NCBI GenBank assembly: GCA_003056145.1
Contig: LSNL01000002.1
Coordinates: 36,369-100,368 of the forward strand
Origin: Parcubacteria group bacterium M10-OD1-1
GTDB lineage: Bacteria > Patescibacteriota > Minisyncoccia > Moranbacterales > UBA2206
DNA: 64,000 nucleotides
Direction: 5' to 3'
Below are positions 40,820 to 51,618 of this stretch, piece after piece. A program made the translations under genes and the position numbers. The notes beneath the pieces are model-generated. The model was not told the DNA's origin. It saw nothing but the letters and a program-made list of their open reading frames with translations, and did not search any database. Positions within the stretch are counted from its first letter, which is position 1. Every line of letters begins with the position of its first letter.

Positions 40820-41923
40820 ATGAAAATTGTCTTAACTGGAGGTGGAACAGGAGGGCATTTAGTTCCCCTTGTCGTCATAGCTAAAAAAATAAAGGAAAAA
40901 AATCCAGAAGCTCAATTTTTATTTATCGGTCCAGCTGGAGCAATGGAGAAAAAAATAATTGGCGGAGCAGGGATTCCGATGAAAAAAATTGCGACTGGAA
41001 AAATGAGGAGGTATTTTTCTTTTCAAAATTTAGTAGATTTTTTTAAGGTACCTTTCGGAATCTTGCAAGTGCTATGTTTACTTTTATGGAATATGCCAGA
41101 TGCCATTTTTTCTAAAGGCGGTTATGCTTCAGTCCCAGTTGTTTTAGTTGGTTGGCTTTATAGAATTCCAATTTTAATTCATGAATCTGATGCTAATCCT
41201 GGAGTTTCCAATAGTATTTTAGCTAAATTTGCTAACCGAGTAGCAGTAGCTTATTCGCAAGCTGAAATATATTTTCCAGCAGAACAAGTAGTTTTGACTG
41301 GCAATCCATTACGAGAAGATATTGTTCAAGGAGAAGCTCAAAAAGCAAGAGAACTTTTTTCTTTAATTGAATCTAAAAAAGTTATTTTTGTTTGGGGCGG
41401 TTCGCAAGGTTCAAAAATTATTAACGATAACATTTTAGAGGTCTTACCAGAGCTGCTAAGAGAGTATCAGGTTATTCATCAGACTGGAGAAAATAATTTG
41501 AAAGAAGTGAAAAAGAAAGCAGGAGAATTAGGGATTAAGGCTGGGAGAGAAGGTTATTTTCCTTTAGCTTTTATTGAAGAAGAATTAAAAGATATTTTAG
41601 CTGTTTCTGATTTAGTTATTTCTCGAGCGGGAAGTAGCTCAATTTCTGAAATAGCTGCTAACAGAATACCATCAATCTTAATTCCTTTAGAAAACGCAGC
41701 CAATAATCATCAAAGAATGAATGCCTATGCGATTGCTAAAATCGGAGGAACAGTAGTTTTAGAAGAAGCTAATTTAAGGGGGCATATTTTATTAGGAAAA
41801 ATTAAAGAAATTTTAACCAATGATGAATTCAGGGAAAAGTTAAGGAATAATGTAGGAAAATTTTATCACGCTGACGCAACGGAAAAAATAGCGGAAGGAT
41901 TACTAGGAATGATTAGAGACTAA
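40820..41923 (+). CDS. murG: Undecaprenyldiphospho-muramoylpentapeptide beta-N-acetylglucosaminyltransferase
   Basis: MKIVLTGGGTGGHLVPLVVIA start, and a GGSQGSK region. Confidence 0.9.
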   Translation: MKIVLTGGGTGGHLVPLVVIAKKIKEKNPEAQFLFIGPAGAMEKKIIGGAGIPMKKIATGKMRRYFSFQNLVDFFKVPFGILQVLCLLLWNMPDAIFSKGGYASVPVVLVGWLYRIPILIHESDANPGVSNSILAKFANRVAVAYSQAEIYFPAEQVVLTGNPLREDIVQGEAQKARELFSLIESKKVIFVWGGSQGSKIINDNILEVLPELLREYQVIHQTGENNLKEVKKKAGELGIKAGREGYFPLAFIEEELKDILAVSDLVISRAGSSSISEIAANRIPSILIPLENAANNHQRMNAYAIAKIGGTVVLEEANLRGHILLGKIKEILTNDEFREKLRNNVGKFYHADATEKIAEGLLGMIRD

Positions 41924-41933
41924 TTTTAAAAAT

Positions 41934-43337
41934 ATGAAACTAGATTTAACAAAAATAAAAAAAGTTTATGTAATCGGGATTAAAGGTTCAGGAATTATTG
42001 CGATTGTGCAAATGCTACATTCTCAAGGAATAGAAATTTTAGGATCAGATACGACCGAAAAATTTTTTACTGATGCAATTTTACAAAAGATGAAAATAAA
42101 ATATTTTGAGGGGTTTAATCCTGAAAATATTCCTTTAGATGTTGATTTAGTAATTTATTCTACTTCTTATAATGAAAATAATAATGCAGAATTGGTAGAA
42201 GCTAAAAAAAGAAATTTAAAAATTATCAGTTATCCAGAAATTCTAGCTTCTTTCTTTAACCAAAAATTCGGTATTGCTGTTGCAGGAACTCATGGAAAAA
42301 CTACTACCTCCGCTATGTTAGCGCAGGTGATGTTAGAGGCTGGTGCCGATCCAAGCGCCGTTGTGGGTAGTCAAATTAAAAGTTGGGAAGGCAATGCTTT
42401 AGTTGGTCGGGGAGAATATTTTATTGCAGAAGCAGATGAATTTCAAAATAAACTTCAATTCTATTTTCCTAAAATGGTAATTTTAACCAGTGTAGATTGG
42501 GATCATCCAGATTTTTTTGAAAAATTTTCTGATTATAAAAAAGTTTTCCAAGACTTCGTTAAAAAAATTCCACGAACAGGATTATTAGTAGTTTGGGGAG
42601 AAAGTGTAGATACCTTGGAAGTAGCTAAGGAAGCTACTTGTCAAATAATTAGATATGGTTTTGCAGAAGATAATGAGGTGAGAATTATCAACTATCAATT
42701 ACAAATTCCTGAACAATCTTCAATTTCTAATTGGCAAGAATTTGAAATTTCAATCAAGGGAAAGTCTTTAGGTAAATTTAAAACTCGGCTAGTTGGTCAA
42801 CATAATGTTTTGAATGTAGCTAGTGTAATTGTTATTTGCTATAAGTTAAATTTAAATATGGAAAAAGTCAAAAAAGCTCTTTGGGATTTTCAAGGAACAG
42901 CTAGAAGATTTGAATATATTGGAACCAGAAATGGAGCTATTTTAATTGATGATTACGGGCATCATCCAGAGGAAATAAAAGCTACTCTAAAAAGTGCTAG
43001 GGAAATTTATCCTCAAAAAAATATTTTGGCAATTTTTCAGCCACATACTTTCACTAGAACAAAAATGTTTCTTGACGAATTTGCTCAAAGTTTTAGTGCA
43101 GTTGATAAAGTGATTGTTTTGGATATTTATGGCAGTGCTAGAGAAAATCAAGGAGGAGTTAGCTCTCAGGATTTAGTAACTTTAATTAATAAATTTGATT
43201 ATCAAAAAGCTCAAAACATTGCAACGGCAGAAAAAGCAGTGGAATATTTAAAAGATAAGCTAGATCAGAATGATGTAGTTATTACTATTGGCGCTGGTAA
43301 TGGTTGGAAAATTGTAGAACAATTAAAAAAAGATTAG
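41934..43337 (+). CDS. murC: UDP-N-acetylmuramate--L-alanine ligase
   Basis: VYVIGIKGSGIIAIVQMLHSQGIEILGSD, and GIAVAGTHGKTTTSAML P-loop. Confidence 0.9.
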   Translation: MKLDLTKIKKVYVIGIKGSGIIAIVQMLHSQGIEILGSDTTEKFFTDAILQKMKIKYFEGFNPENIPLDVDLVIYSTSYNENNNAELVEAKKRNLKIISYPEILASFFNQKFGIAVAGTHGKTTTSAMLAQVMLEAGADPSAVVGSQIKSWEGNALVGRGEYFIAEADEFQNKLQFYFPKMVILTSVDWDHPDFFEKFSDYKKVFQDFVKKIPRTGLLVVWGESVDTLEVAKEATCQIIRYGFAEDNEVRIINYQLQIPEQSSISNWQEFEISIKGKSLGKFKTRLVGQHNVLNVASVIVICYKLNLNMEKVKKALWDFQGTARRFEYIGTRNGAILIDDYGHHPEEIKATLKSAREIYPQKNILAIFQPHTFTRTKMFLDEFAQSFSAVDKVIVLDIYGSARENQGGVSSQDLVTLINKFDYQKAQNIATAEKAVEYLKDKLDQNDVVITIGAGNGWKIVEQLKKD

Positions 43338-43381
43338 GAATAAAATAATAAGGGTAGGTAAGTTAAAAAATATAAAAAAAT

Positions 43382-46300
43382 ATGGATAAACAAAAAAACA
43401 AATTACAAAATTTTACTAATCTCTATGAGCTATCAAAAACTTTGAGGTTTGAGTTGAAACCGGTTGGGGAAACACTTGCAAAAATAAAAGAACACTTTCA
43501 GTATGATAAAGATTTGCAAACTTTTTTGAAGGATCAAAAGATTGAAGATGCTTATCAATTATTAAAACCAAAAATAGATACCATTCATGAATTTTTTATT
43601 GATACTAGTTTAGAGTCGGCAAAAGCAAAGCAAATAGATTTTAGTGAATATCTTGAAAAATATAAAAAGAAAGATGCTTTACTAGACACAGAAAAGAAGT
43701 TAAGAAATGCTATTGGAAAAACTTATCTTGAAGGAGGGAAAAAACTAAAATATGAATATCTAGATTTAAAATGGAAAAAAGGAAGTAGTGAAACAAGGGG
43801 AGTGAATATGCTTTTTTCTATTGATATTTTAGAAGCAGTAAGACAAGATTTTTCTGATGATGAAGATGTAGAAAATGCTTTGGAGGAATTTAAAAGTTTT
43901 TTCACTTATCTTTCCGGTTTTAATCAAAACAGAGCTAATTATTATACAACAGATGGAAAAGTTACTGCAATAGCAACTCGTATTGTTGATGAAAATTTAC
44001 CAAAATTTTGTGCCAATACTTTGCAGTTTAACGGATACACGAAAAAAAATAAAAAAGGAAAAGAGATAAAATTTGATAGAAAAAATGAATATCTTGAAAT
44101 ATACACATATCTCAAAGCTCAAAACAAAACAACTCAAATCAAAGATGCTGATACAGACACAATGATAGAGGCAACTCCTATTACTGAAGAAATATTTCAG
44201 ATAGCTTATTTTGTAAATTGTTTTTCACAAAAAGAGATTGAAGAATATAATAAAAAAATAGGACATTGCAATCAACTTATCAATCTTTATAATCAAGCGA
44301 AAAACAAAGAAGAAAATTTCAAAAAACTTCCGTTGTTTAATACACTTTACAAGCAAATTGGATGCGGTAAAAGAGAGCCATTATTTTTTAGCATTACTCA
44401 TGACACAAAAAAGCAATCTAAAGAAAACAAAGAAAAATTCTCAAAACCATATTCGGTAGAAGAAATTTTGGAAGATGCCAAAGATGGTGGAGAAAAGTTT
44501 TTTAAAGAACCAAGTAATAACGAGGATATGACAGTTTATACTTTGACTAAATGGCTTAGAAACAATAAAGATTGGGAAGGTGTATATTGGTCAAAACCTG
44601 CTATAAATACAATTTCTAACAAATATTTTGCTAATTGGCATGAAATAAAAGATAAATTAAAAAAAGATAAAACCGTTGCTAGTTTTAACAAAAAAAGAGA
44701 GGAACAAATAAAGATTAATGATGCTGTTGAATTAGCGGGACTTTTTGAAGTGTTGGATGATTTTGGAGATGAAGGAATGCAACCAGGGCGGAGTGAGAAG
44801 TTTTTTAAACCATCAATTATTCAAGATAGAAAAGATGAAATAGATGAATCTAAAACGCTAAGCCAAAATCTTCTCAGTATGCTTTGTAATGATATAGAAA
44901 ATAATGCAAAAGATTTTACAGATACAGAAAAACAAGCAAAAATCTTTTCAATCTCAGATTACAAAGAAGATAAAAATAAAAAATTTATCAAAGAATGGAT
45001 GGATGGTGCTTTGGCTGTAAACAAAATGATAAAGTATTTTAGAGTAAAGGCAAACAAGATAAAAGGATCAGAAATAAACACAGAACTTAACAATATTTTA
45101 GATATTCTTTTGGATAAAGAAAAAGCAGATTGGTTTAAGTGTTATGATTCTTTGAGAAACTATCTTACAAAAAAACCGCAAGATGATGTAAAAGAAAATA
45201 AATTGAAGTTGAATTTTGAAAAAGGAAATTTGTTAAATGGTTTTGTTGATTCGCATTCTGCATCTGATAATGCTACGCAATACGGAGGGTATTTATTTAG
45301 AAAATATATTGGAAATGATGAGTTAGAATATAAAAAATATTATTATTATTTAGGAATTAGTAAAGATCCAAAATTATTTCGTTGTCATTTGCAGAATGAA
45401 ATCCGAGAAAATGATAAGAATGAATTGCAAAGATTGGAATATTATCAACCTAAATCTACTACTTTTTTTAGTGATAAGTATTCAGAAAATAAGAAAAAAA
45501 TTGTAGAGTATCTTTCTGCAGAATTAAATGTGCAAATTGAAAAAGAAAAGGAGCTTTTAGATATAGAAAATGATAATAAAAAAATAGGTGAGCTAGATAG
45601 ACTAAAAACGAAATTATTAAAAGGAGATACTCCTACAAAATTATTTGATAATATACAAAAAAATAAAAAGTATATATATATTTTAGAAGATAAAAAACTA
45701 AATGAACTAGTTGATGAAACTATTAAAGAGATGAAAATTTTTATTAAAAATTATGAAGAAAGAACCTCAAAATTAAAAGAGATTCAAGAAAGAAAATATA
45801 TTGGCTGGAAAGATTTAAAGTGTATAATTGATGATTTACAAGAAATAGCTAAAAAACAAAAAGTATATAATTTTTTTGCTATTAGTAATTCTGAATTTCA
45901 GGAAGTAAAAAATAGAAAAGACAAGCCATTGTTTTTATTTCAAATAGTAAATAAAGATTTACAAAGGCCATTAATACTAAAAGACAAAAAAACAGGAAGG
46001 TCTGTTATAAACAATCTTCACACCATCTATTTTGAGACACTACTTTCTGGAAATCAAGACGCTATTGACATAGGAGCTGGAGCTATTTTTTACAGGCAAT
46101 ATGCTATTGATAAAAAGGTGTTAAAAGATGGATATGAAAAAAAGCCATGGATTATAAAAAATAAAAGATTTACAAAAAATGAATCATTGACTGAAGATAA
46201 AAAAATGTTATCACAAGATGGAAAATCTTTTTTTCTACATTTATCAATCAGTTTAAATTTTTCATCAGATCCTAGTACTATAAGGGGTAAAAGAAATAAA

Positions 46301-47710
46301 AAAGTAGTTGCAACTCTTAACACACTTACTCAAACGGAATTTATCAAGCAAGAAAATATTTACTTCCTTGGTCTTGATCGAGGAGAAAAACACCTTGTAT
46401 ATTATTGTTTAATTGACCAAAAAGGAAAAATTATAAAACAAGGAGATTTAGACATGCCATTTCTAGATGCAAATAAAAATCCTAGAAGTGTTTTGAGGAA
46501 AAAATATTTTTATGATAAAAAGACAAAAGAATGGGAGGAGAAGGAAGTAGATTGTTGGAATTATAATGATTTACTGGATGCTGTTTCCTCAAATCGTGAT
46601 ATGGCTCGTAAAAATTGGCAAACTATTGGGAATATAAAGAATCTCAAAGCGGGATATATTTCACAAATTGTTTATGAGATTGTAAAAGAAGTAACGAATA
46701 AACCAACTTATATCGTTTTGGAAGATTTAAATACGGGATTCAAAAGAGGAAGACAAAAAATAGAAAAACAAATTTATCAAAAATTTGAAGTGGCACTTGC
46801 TAAAAAACTTAACTTCATTGTAGATAAAACAGCTCAAGATGGAGAGCTTGCATCGGTTACAAAAGCATTGCAACTTACTCCACCTGTAGAAAATTATCAA
46901 GATATTGAGAAGAAAAAACAAGTGGGAGTTATGCTTTATACAAGAGCTAATTATACTTCTGTTACTGATCCAAAAACGGGATGGAGAAAAACAGTTTACT
47001 TGAAAAAAGGATCGGAAGAATCAATTAAAGAACAAATTTTAGAAAAATTTACTGATATTGGATTTGATGGAAAAGATTATTTTTTTGAGTATGAAGATGA
47101 TTTCACAGGAAAAAAATGGAGGATTTGGTCAGGAAAAGATGGGAAAGCACTGTTGCGCTATAGAGGAAAGAGAGGAAAAGATAAATATGAATGGATTATT
47201 GAAGAGCAAGATATTGTTGAAATTTTAGATGGTGTATTTCAGAAATTTGATAAAAATCGCTCGTTATATGGTCAAATTAAAGAAGGTATAAAGCTTATAA
47301 AATATAATGAACATACCGCTTGGGAATCTTTGCGTTTTGCTATTGATCTTATCCAACAAATTAGAAACTCAGGAGATGTTGAAAAAAAAGAAGATGACAA
47401 TTTCTTGCTTTCGCCGGTAAAAGATGAAAATGGAAAGCATTTTGATTCTCGTGAATATGAAAACCAAGAAAATGCTGATATGCCAAGAGATGCTGATGCA
47501 AATGGGGCATTCAATATCGCTAGAAAAGGTTTGATAATGCATGAGCATATTAAGCAATGGAAAAAAGATGGCGCAAGAAATAAAGACTTAAATTTATTTA
47601 TTTCAGATAGAGAGTGGGATTTGTGGCTATTAAATAGAGAAGAATGGAGAAATAAGTTATCAACTTTTGCATCACAGAAGTTATGGGATGATTTTGCAAC
47701 TAAAAAATAA
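43382..47710 (+). CDS. cas12a: Cas12a (Cpf1) type V-A CRISPR effector nuclease
   Basis: N-terminus FTNLYELSKTLRFELKPVGETL is the Cas12a WED signature. RuvC-I is LGLDRGEKHLVYY (D around aa 999). RuvC-II is YIVLEDLNTGFKRGRQKIEKQIYQKFE. RuvC-III is DADANGAFNIARKGL. A Nuc-like segment lies between RuvC-II and RuvC-III. Adjacent to a CRISPR array with Cas12a-type repeats. Confidence 0.92.
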   Translation: MDKQKNKLQNFTNLYELSKTLRFELKPVGETLAKIKEHFQYDKDLQTFLKDQKIEDAYQLLKPKIDTIHEFFIDTSLESAKAKQIDFSEYLEKYKKKDALLDTEKKLRNAIGKTYLEGGKKLKYEYLDLKWKKGSSETRGVNMLFSIDILEAVRQDFSDDEDVENALEEFKSFFTYLSGFNQNRANYYTTDGKVTAIATRIVDENLPKFCANTLQFNGYTKKNKKGKEIKFDRKNEYLEIYTYLKAQNKTTQIKDADTDTMIEATPITEEIFQIAYFVNCFSQKEIEEYNKKIGHCNQLINLYNQAKNKEENFKKLPLFNTLYKQIGCGKREPLFFSITHDTKKQSKENKEKFSKPYSVEEILEDAKDGGEKFFKEPSNNEDMTVYTLTKWLRNNKDWEGVYWSKPAINTISNKYFANWHEIKDKLKKDKTVASFNKKREEQIKINDAVELAGLFEVLDDFGDEGMQPGRSEKFFKPSIIQDRKDEIDESKTLSQNLLSMLCNDIENNAKDFTDTEKQAKIFSISDYKEDKNKKFIKEWMDGALAVNKMIKYFRVKANKIKGSEINTELNNILDILLDKEKADWFKCYDSLRNYLTKKPQDDVKENKLKLNFEKGNLLNGFVDSHSASDNATQYGGYLFRKYIGNDELEYKKYYYYLGISKDPKLFRCHLQNEIRENDKNELQRLEYYQPKSTTFFSDKYSENKKKIVEYLSAELNVQIEKEKELLDIENDNKKIGELDRLKTKLLKGDTPTKLFDNIQKNKKYIYILEDKKLNELVDETIKEMKIFIKNYEERTSKLKEIQERKYIGWKDLKCIIDDLQEIAKKQKVYNFFAISNSEFQEVKNRKDKPLFLFQIVNKDLQRPLILKDKKTGRSVINNLHTIYFETLLSGNQDAIDIGAGAIFYRQYAIDKKVLKDGYEKKPWIIKNKRFTKNESLTEDKKMLSQDGKSFFLHLSISLNFSSDPSTIRGKRNKKVVATLNTLTQTEFIKQENIYFLGLDRGEKHLVYYCLIDQKGKIIKQGDLDMPFLDANKNPRSVLRKKYFYDKKTKEWEEKEVDCWNYNDLLDAVSSNRDMARKNWQTIGNIKNLKAGYISQIVYEIVKEVTNKPTYIVLEDLNTGFKRGRQKIEKQIYQKFEVALAKKLNFIVDKTAQDGELASVTKALQLTPPVENYQDIEKKKQVGVMLYTRANYTSVTDPKTGWRKTVYLKKGSEESIKEQILEKFTDIGFDGKDYFFEYEDDFTGKKWRIWSGKDGKALLRYRGKRGKDKYEWIIEEQDIVEILDGVFQKFDKNRSLYGQIKEGIKLIKYNEHTAWESLRFAIDLIQQIRNSGDVEKKEDDNFLLSPVKDENGKHFDSREYENQENADMPRDADANGAFNIARKGLIMHEHIKQWKKDGARNKDLNLFISDREWDLWLLNREEWRNKLSTFASQKLWDDFATKK

Positions 47711-47740
47711 ATTAAAAAGTTATGTCTAAAAATAAAAAAT

Positions 47741-50700
47741 ATGAATAATTTCAAAAATTTGTATGAAATAACGAAGACGGTGCGGTTTCAAGCGATTCCT
47801 CAAAATGATAATGCAAAAAATAAAGAATTTATTGATAAAACAAAGCCAGATATTTTTAAATTTACAAAACAATGTCAAAAAATTCAGGAAAATTTTTTAG
47901 ATATTTTTTGTTATAAAGACGCTTTTGAAGAAGAGAATAAAATAGAATTTAAGAAAAAGCGAAAAATAAGGTATGGTTGGTTAAGAAATTACATAAAAAT
48001 TGATTTTTATGATTGGAAAAAAGAAAATAATCGAAATGATAAAGAATATTTTTTAACAGAAGTTGACTATTTACCGAAAGAATTTTTAAGGTGGATAAAT
48101 GAGTGGCAAGAACTTACAAATAAGTTAGATGAGTTTGTTGATAAAAATGAAGAGGAACAGGAACGAAAAAGTGAGATTGCTTTTGTCTTGCGTGGGTTTT
48201 TAAAACGGCAAAATTTTGAATTTATTCAAGAATTTGTAAAAGCGGTAATGGATTTGCAAAATGAAAGTGGAATAGAGTTAGATAAAAAAATAAAAGAGTT
48301 AAGAGAATTAATTTCAGAAACTTATAGAAATTTAAAAGCCTGTGAAAGAAAGTATTTACCCGCTCAAAGCACCGGAGTCTGTTTATATAAAGCAAGTTTG
48401 AATTACTATACAATAAACAAGACACCAAAATATTACACAAAAGAAAAAGAAAAAAAAGAAAAAGAGTTAGAAATGGAAATTATTGATTGTAAAGATAAAT
48501 TTGGAAAACCAGAGTTTTGGTTTGATAAAAAGTTTAATTTTAGAGAAAATCCACTTTATTGGACTCTTGAAGATGCCTATCAAAAAATGAAAATTTGGAA
48601 AGCAGATCAAAAATCAAAATTTAATGAAAAAATTGGGAATTTTATTTCCGATTATTTAAAAAAAGAATTTAAGGAGGATGAAATAAATCAATCACGGTTA
48701 GAAATTGCAAAAAATATTTTAAAAAAATATCCGTTATTTTCACCTATCAAAGAAGACTTTTTTATATCTTTTTTAGAACAGACAAAGGAAATAAAAATAA
48801 AATCTAAACAAAAAAATGATATTCTGCAAAAAAATGGAGATATAAAATCAAAAGAATTTGAAAAAATAATTTCTCAAAAATTACAAAATAGAAAGGTTCT
48901 CACAGAAGATGAGAACAATTTTGAGCAACTTTCAAAAGAAATAGCTAATATTGCCAAAGAGAGAGGAAAATTTTTTAATGCTCCAAATCAAACTATTCAA
49001 ACAAAAAATTATTATGAATTGTGTGAATTGTACAAACAAATTGCGATGAAGCGTGGGAAGATTATCGCAGAAATAAAAGGGTTGGAAAATGAAGAAGTGC
49101 AATCCCAAATGCTTTCTCATTGGGCCTTGGTGGTGCAAAAAAGGGAAAAAAGGTATGTTGTTTTTATTTCTCGTGGAGAAAATGAAAATCATAAGAAGGC
49201 TCATGATTGGCTAGAAAGAAACAAAGAGAATTTACAAAAAAAATCAGATGATTCTGTTATTTTGTATCATTTTAAATCTCTCACTTTACGAGCATTAGAG
49301 AAACTTTGTTTTAAAGAAGTTGAAAATACTTTTGCTCCAAAATTGAAACAAGGGGGAGTTAAGGTTAATTTTACGAGAATTAAAAAAGAATCCGGAAAAG
49401 AAAAAATAATTGATGTTTATGAGTTTCCAAGGTGTAAGCAAGAATTAAAAACAGATAACGAAAAAATAAATTTTTATTTAGAAGTTTTAAGATTTGAAGC
49501 AAGTAGACAAGATTATGAACTTAAACAATTAGATTTAGTTGATTTCGGAGGTTTGAAAGAATTTTTAGAAAAATCATCTGGTGATTTTGATAATCTGCAA
49601 GAATTTGAATCAGAGCTTGAAAAGGTGTGTTATGTTAAAGTACTTCTTTATTTTTTGGAAGATCAGTATGATAAATTTTTAGACATACTAAATGCAAAAG
49701 AGTTTGAAATAACAACTCGAAGTATCTCAAAAGAGAGTAAGAGAAAAGAAAATGCACATGCAGAAATTTGGAAAAATTTTTGGAATGATGAAAATGAAAA
49801 AAGTAATTATATTACCCGATTAAATCCAGAGATGAGTGTTTTTTATAGAGACACTCTTGATACACATGAAGGGAACAGAAACAGGTTTTCAGAACCTCGT
49901 TTTACACTTGCAACAACTATTACACTCAACGCAACGGCTAAAAAATCAAATTTATCATTTAAGACAATAGATGATATTAAAAAGAGTATTGATAAATTTA
50001 ATAAAGGGTTCAATAAGAATTTTAGAGGAGAATGGAGTTTTGGAATTGATAGAGGATTAAAAGAATTAGCGACTTTAAATATTGTAAAATTTGCAAAAGA
50101 TAAAAATGAATTTGGTGTTTCAAAACCAGAAAATTTTGCAGAGATAACAGTTTATAAATTAAAAGATGGGGATACATTTTTGACCGATAGTAGTGGTAAT
50201 GATTTGATAAATGCAAAAGGAGAAAAAAGAAAAATTATTGATAATATTTCGGAGGTTTTGCAAGAAAATGTGGAACCTGACTCAGAACTATTTGAGAAAC
50301 AAATTATTTCCAGTATTGATTTAACTCAAGCAAAACTTATCAAAGGGCATATTATTCTGAATGGAGATCAAAAAACTTATTTAAAACTTAAAGAATTATC
50401 AGCAAAAAGAAGAATTTTTGAGCTTTTTTCTACAAGAAAAATTGATAAGAGTTCAGAGATTACAGGAAAAAATAATTTTATAATTGGTGGTGAGAAAATC
50501 TATTTTGCAACAGAATGGCAAAAAGAAAATAAACATTGGAGAACAAATAGAGAAATAATAAAAGCTGATTTAAAAGATTATTTATTGAAATTAGATAAAA
50601 AAAATAAATTTGAAGATATTGAGCAAATAGAAAAAATAAATCATTTACGAGATGCAATAACGGCAAATATGGTTGGAATTATTTTTCACCTGCAAAATGT

Positions 50701-51226
50701 ACTAGGGATGAATGGTTTTATTGGATTGGAAAATCTTGATGTAATACGAAAAGAACTTTTAGAAAATGAAAAACAAGAAGACAAAAAAATGATTGAAGAG
50801 CATTTTGATCAGAGTAATGAAGATATTTCTCGTCGTTTGGAGTGGGCATTGTATAGAAAATTTGCAAATGTTGGGGATGTTCCACCACAAATAAAAGAAT
50901 CAATATTACTGAGAGATGATTTTTTGACCTATCAAATTGGAATTTTGAAATTTGTAAAAGTTGGCGGAACAAGTCGAGGTTGTCCAAACTGTAAAATATT
51001 TTGGGACAATGGGTGTGGTAGTAAATGTAATCCAAAGTGTAGTAGGTGTTTGGAAAATGAAGAATATAAGAAAAGTAAGAATAAAAATATTTATATTTGC
51101 AAAGACGTAAAAAAATGTAAATTTTCAACAGAAGAAAATCGAAATTTATTAGAAGAAAATCTTAATAATTCAGATGAGGTTGCAGCATATAATGTAGCAA
51201 AAAATGCTTTTGAGGAAACATATTAA
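47741..51226 (+). CDS. cas12a2: Second, divergent Cas12a-like effector with zinc-ribbon in place of Nuc domain (Cas12a2-like)
   Basis: N-terminus MNNFKNLYEITKTVRFQAIPQNDNA is Cas12a-WED-like. RuvC-I is WSFGIDRGLKELATL (around aa 770). RuvC-II is NGFIGLENLDV (around aa 997). RuvC-III is NSDEVAAYNVAKNAF (around aa 1145). Between RuvC-II and RuvC-III lies a Cys-rich segment: GCPNCKIFWDNGCGSKCNPKCSRCL...ICKDVKKCKF. The protein is 1161 aa, against 1442 aa for the adjacent Cas12a. It starts 31 nt after the cas12a stop and shares the downstream array. Confidence 0.65.
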   Translation: MNNFKNLYEITKTVRFQAIPQNDNAKNKEFIDKTKPDIFKFTKQCQKIQENFLDIFCYKDAFEEENKIEFKKKRKIRYGWLRNYIKIDFYDWKKENNRNDKEYFLTEVDYLPKEFLRWINEWQELTNKLDEFVDKNEEEQERKSEIAFVLRGFLKRQNFEFIQEFVKAVMDLQNESGIELDKKIKELRELISETYRNLKACERKYLPAQSTGVCLYKASLNYYTINKTPKYYTKEKEKKEKELEMEIIDCKDKFGKPEFWFDKKFNFRENPLYWTLEDAYQKMKIWKADQKSKFNEKIGNFISDYLKKEFKEDEINQSRLEIAKNILKKYPLFSPIKEDFFISFLEQTKEIKIKSKQKNDILQKNGDIKSKEFEKIISQKLQNRKVLTEDENNFEQLSKEIANIAKERGKFFNAPNQTIQTKNYYELCELYKQIAMKRGKIIAEIKGLENEEVQSQMLSHWALVVQKREKRYVVFISRGENENHKKAHDWLERNKENLQKKSDDSVILYHFKSLTLRALEKLCFKEVENTFAPKLKQGGVKVNFTRIKKESGKEKIIDVYEFPRCKQELKTDNEKINFYLEVLRFEASRQDYELKQLDLVDFGGLKEFLEKSSGDFDNLQEFESELEKVCYVKVLLYFLEDQYDKFLDILNAKEFEITTRSISKESKRKENAHAEIWKNFWNDENEKSNYITRLNPEMSVFYRDTLDTHEGNRNRFSEPRFTLATTITLNATAKKSNLSFKTIDDIKKSIDKFNKGFNKNFRGEWSFGIDRGLKELATLNIVKFAKDKNEFGVSKPENFAEITVYKLKDGDTFLTDSSGNDLINAKGEKRKIIDNISEVLQENVEPDSELFEKQIISSIDLTQAKLIKGHIILNGDQKTYLKLKELSAKRRIFELFSTRKIDKSSEITGKNNFIIGGEKIYFATEWQKENKHWRTNREIIKADLKDYLLKLDKKNKFEDIEQIEKINHLRDAITANMVGIIFHLQNVLGMNGFIGLENLDVIRKELLENEKQEDKKMIEEHFDQSNEDISRRLEWALYRKFANVGDVPPQIKESILLRDDFLTYQIGILKFVKVGGTSRGCPNCKIFWDNGCGSKCNPKCSRCLENEEYKKSKNKNIYICKDVKKCKFSTEENRNLLEENLNNSDEVAAYNVAKNAFEETY

Positions 51227-51240
51227 ATAATTTCTTAGAA

Positions 51241-51309
51241 ATTAAAAATGGCGATGATTTAGCTTCTTATAACATCGCAAAGCGAGGATTAAAAATTTGC
51301 AAAATATTA
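51241..51309 (+). pseudogene. Orphan fragment encoding a Cas12 RuvC-III/C-terminal-like peptide (IKNGDDLASYNIAKRGLKICKIL)
   Basis: Translation of 51241-51309 gives NGDDLASYNIAKRGL, matching the Cas12a DADANGAYNIARKGL motif. No start codon. Lies 15 nt after the stop of the second effector. Confidence 0.35.
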
Positions 51310-51618
51310 TAACAAGAGTAGAATTAGAGTATAAAAAGGATTTTACTGGAGGAGATAGTATTTATATATTTCAAGTATGCGAAGGATGTAAAAAAAAGAT
51401 TAAACGATATGGTTATGCTAAACATGAAGAATCAGATTTTATTTGCGTTTCATAAGGCTCTTTTACAATTAGCTAAAAGTATAAATTTCAGTCAGCCTAT
51501 TTCAAAAAATACAAAACCTCAGTTTCAATATCGTGGTTTTGCTTTATTTAAGTCAAAAAGTCGTTTTAACCTTAGTTTAAAATTTGCATCTTTTTGGCTT
51601 AAATATGCTATTTCTGGG

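Noticed and set aside
47272-47754. 160-aa antisense ORF overlapping the cas12a 3' end. Similar antisense ORFs overlap the second effector at 48222..48440, 48932..49204, 50022..50216, 50478..50666 and 50718..51128.
   Set aside because: AT-rich coding sequence routinely yields long antisense ORFs. They are low-complexity and Phe/Leu/Ile-rich, have no RBS context, and lie fully inside well-supported genes.
47741-51226. Considered that the second effector is merely a duplicated cas12a, or a pseudogene.
   Set aside because: The frame is intact over 1161 codons. Similarity to the upstream Cas12a is confined to the N-terminus and RuvC motifs. The Nuc region is replaced by a Cys-rich segment. This argues for a distinct functional paralog.
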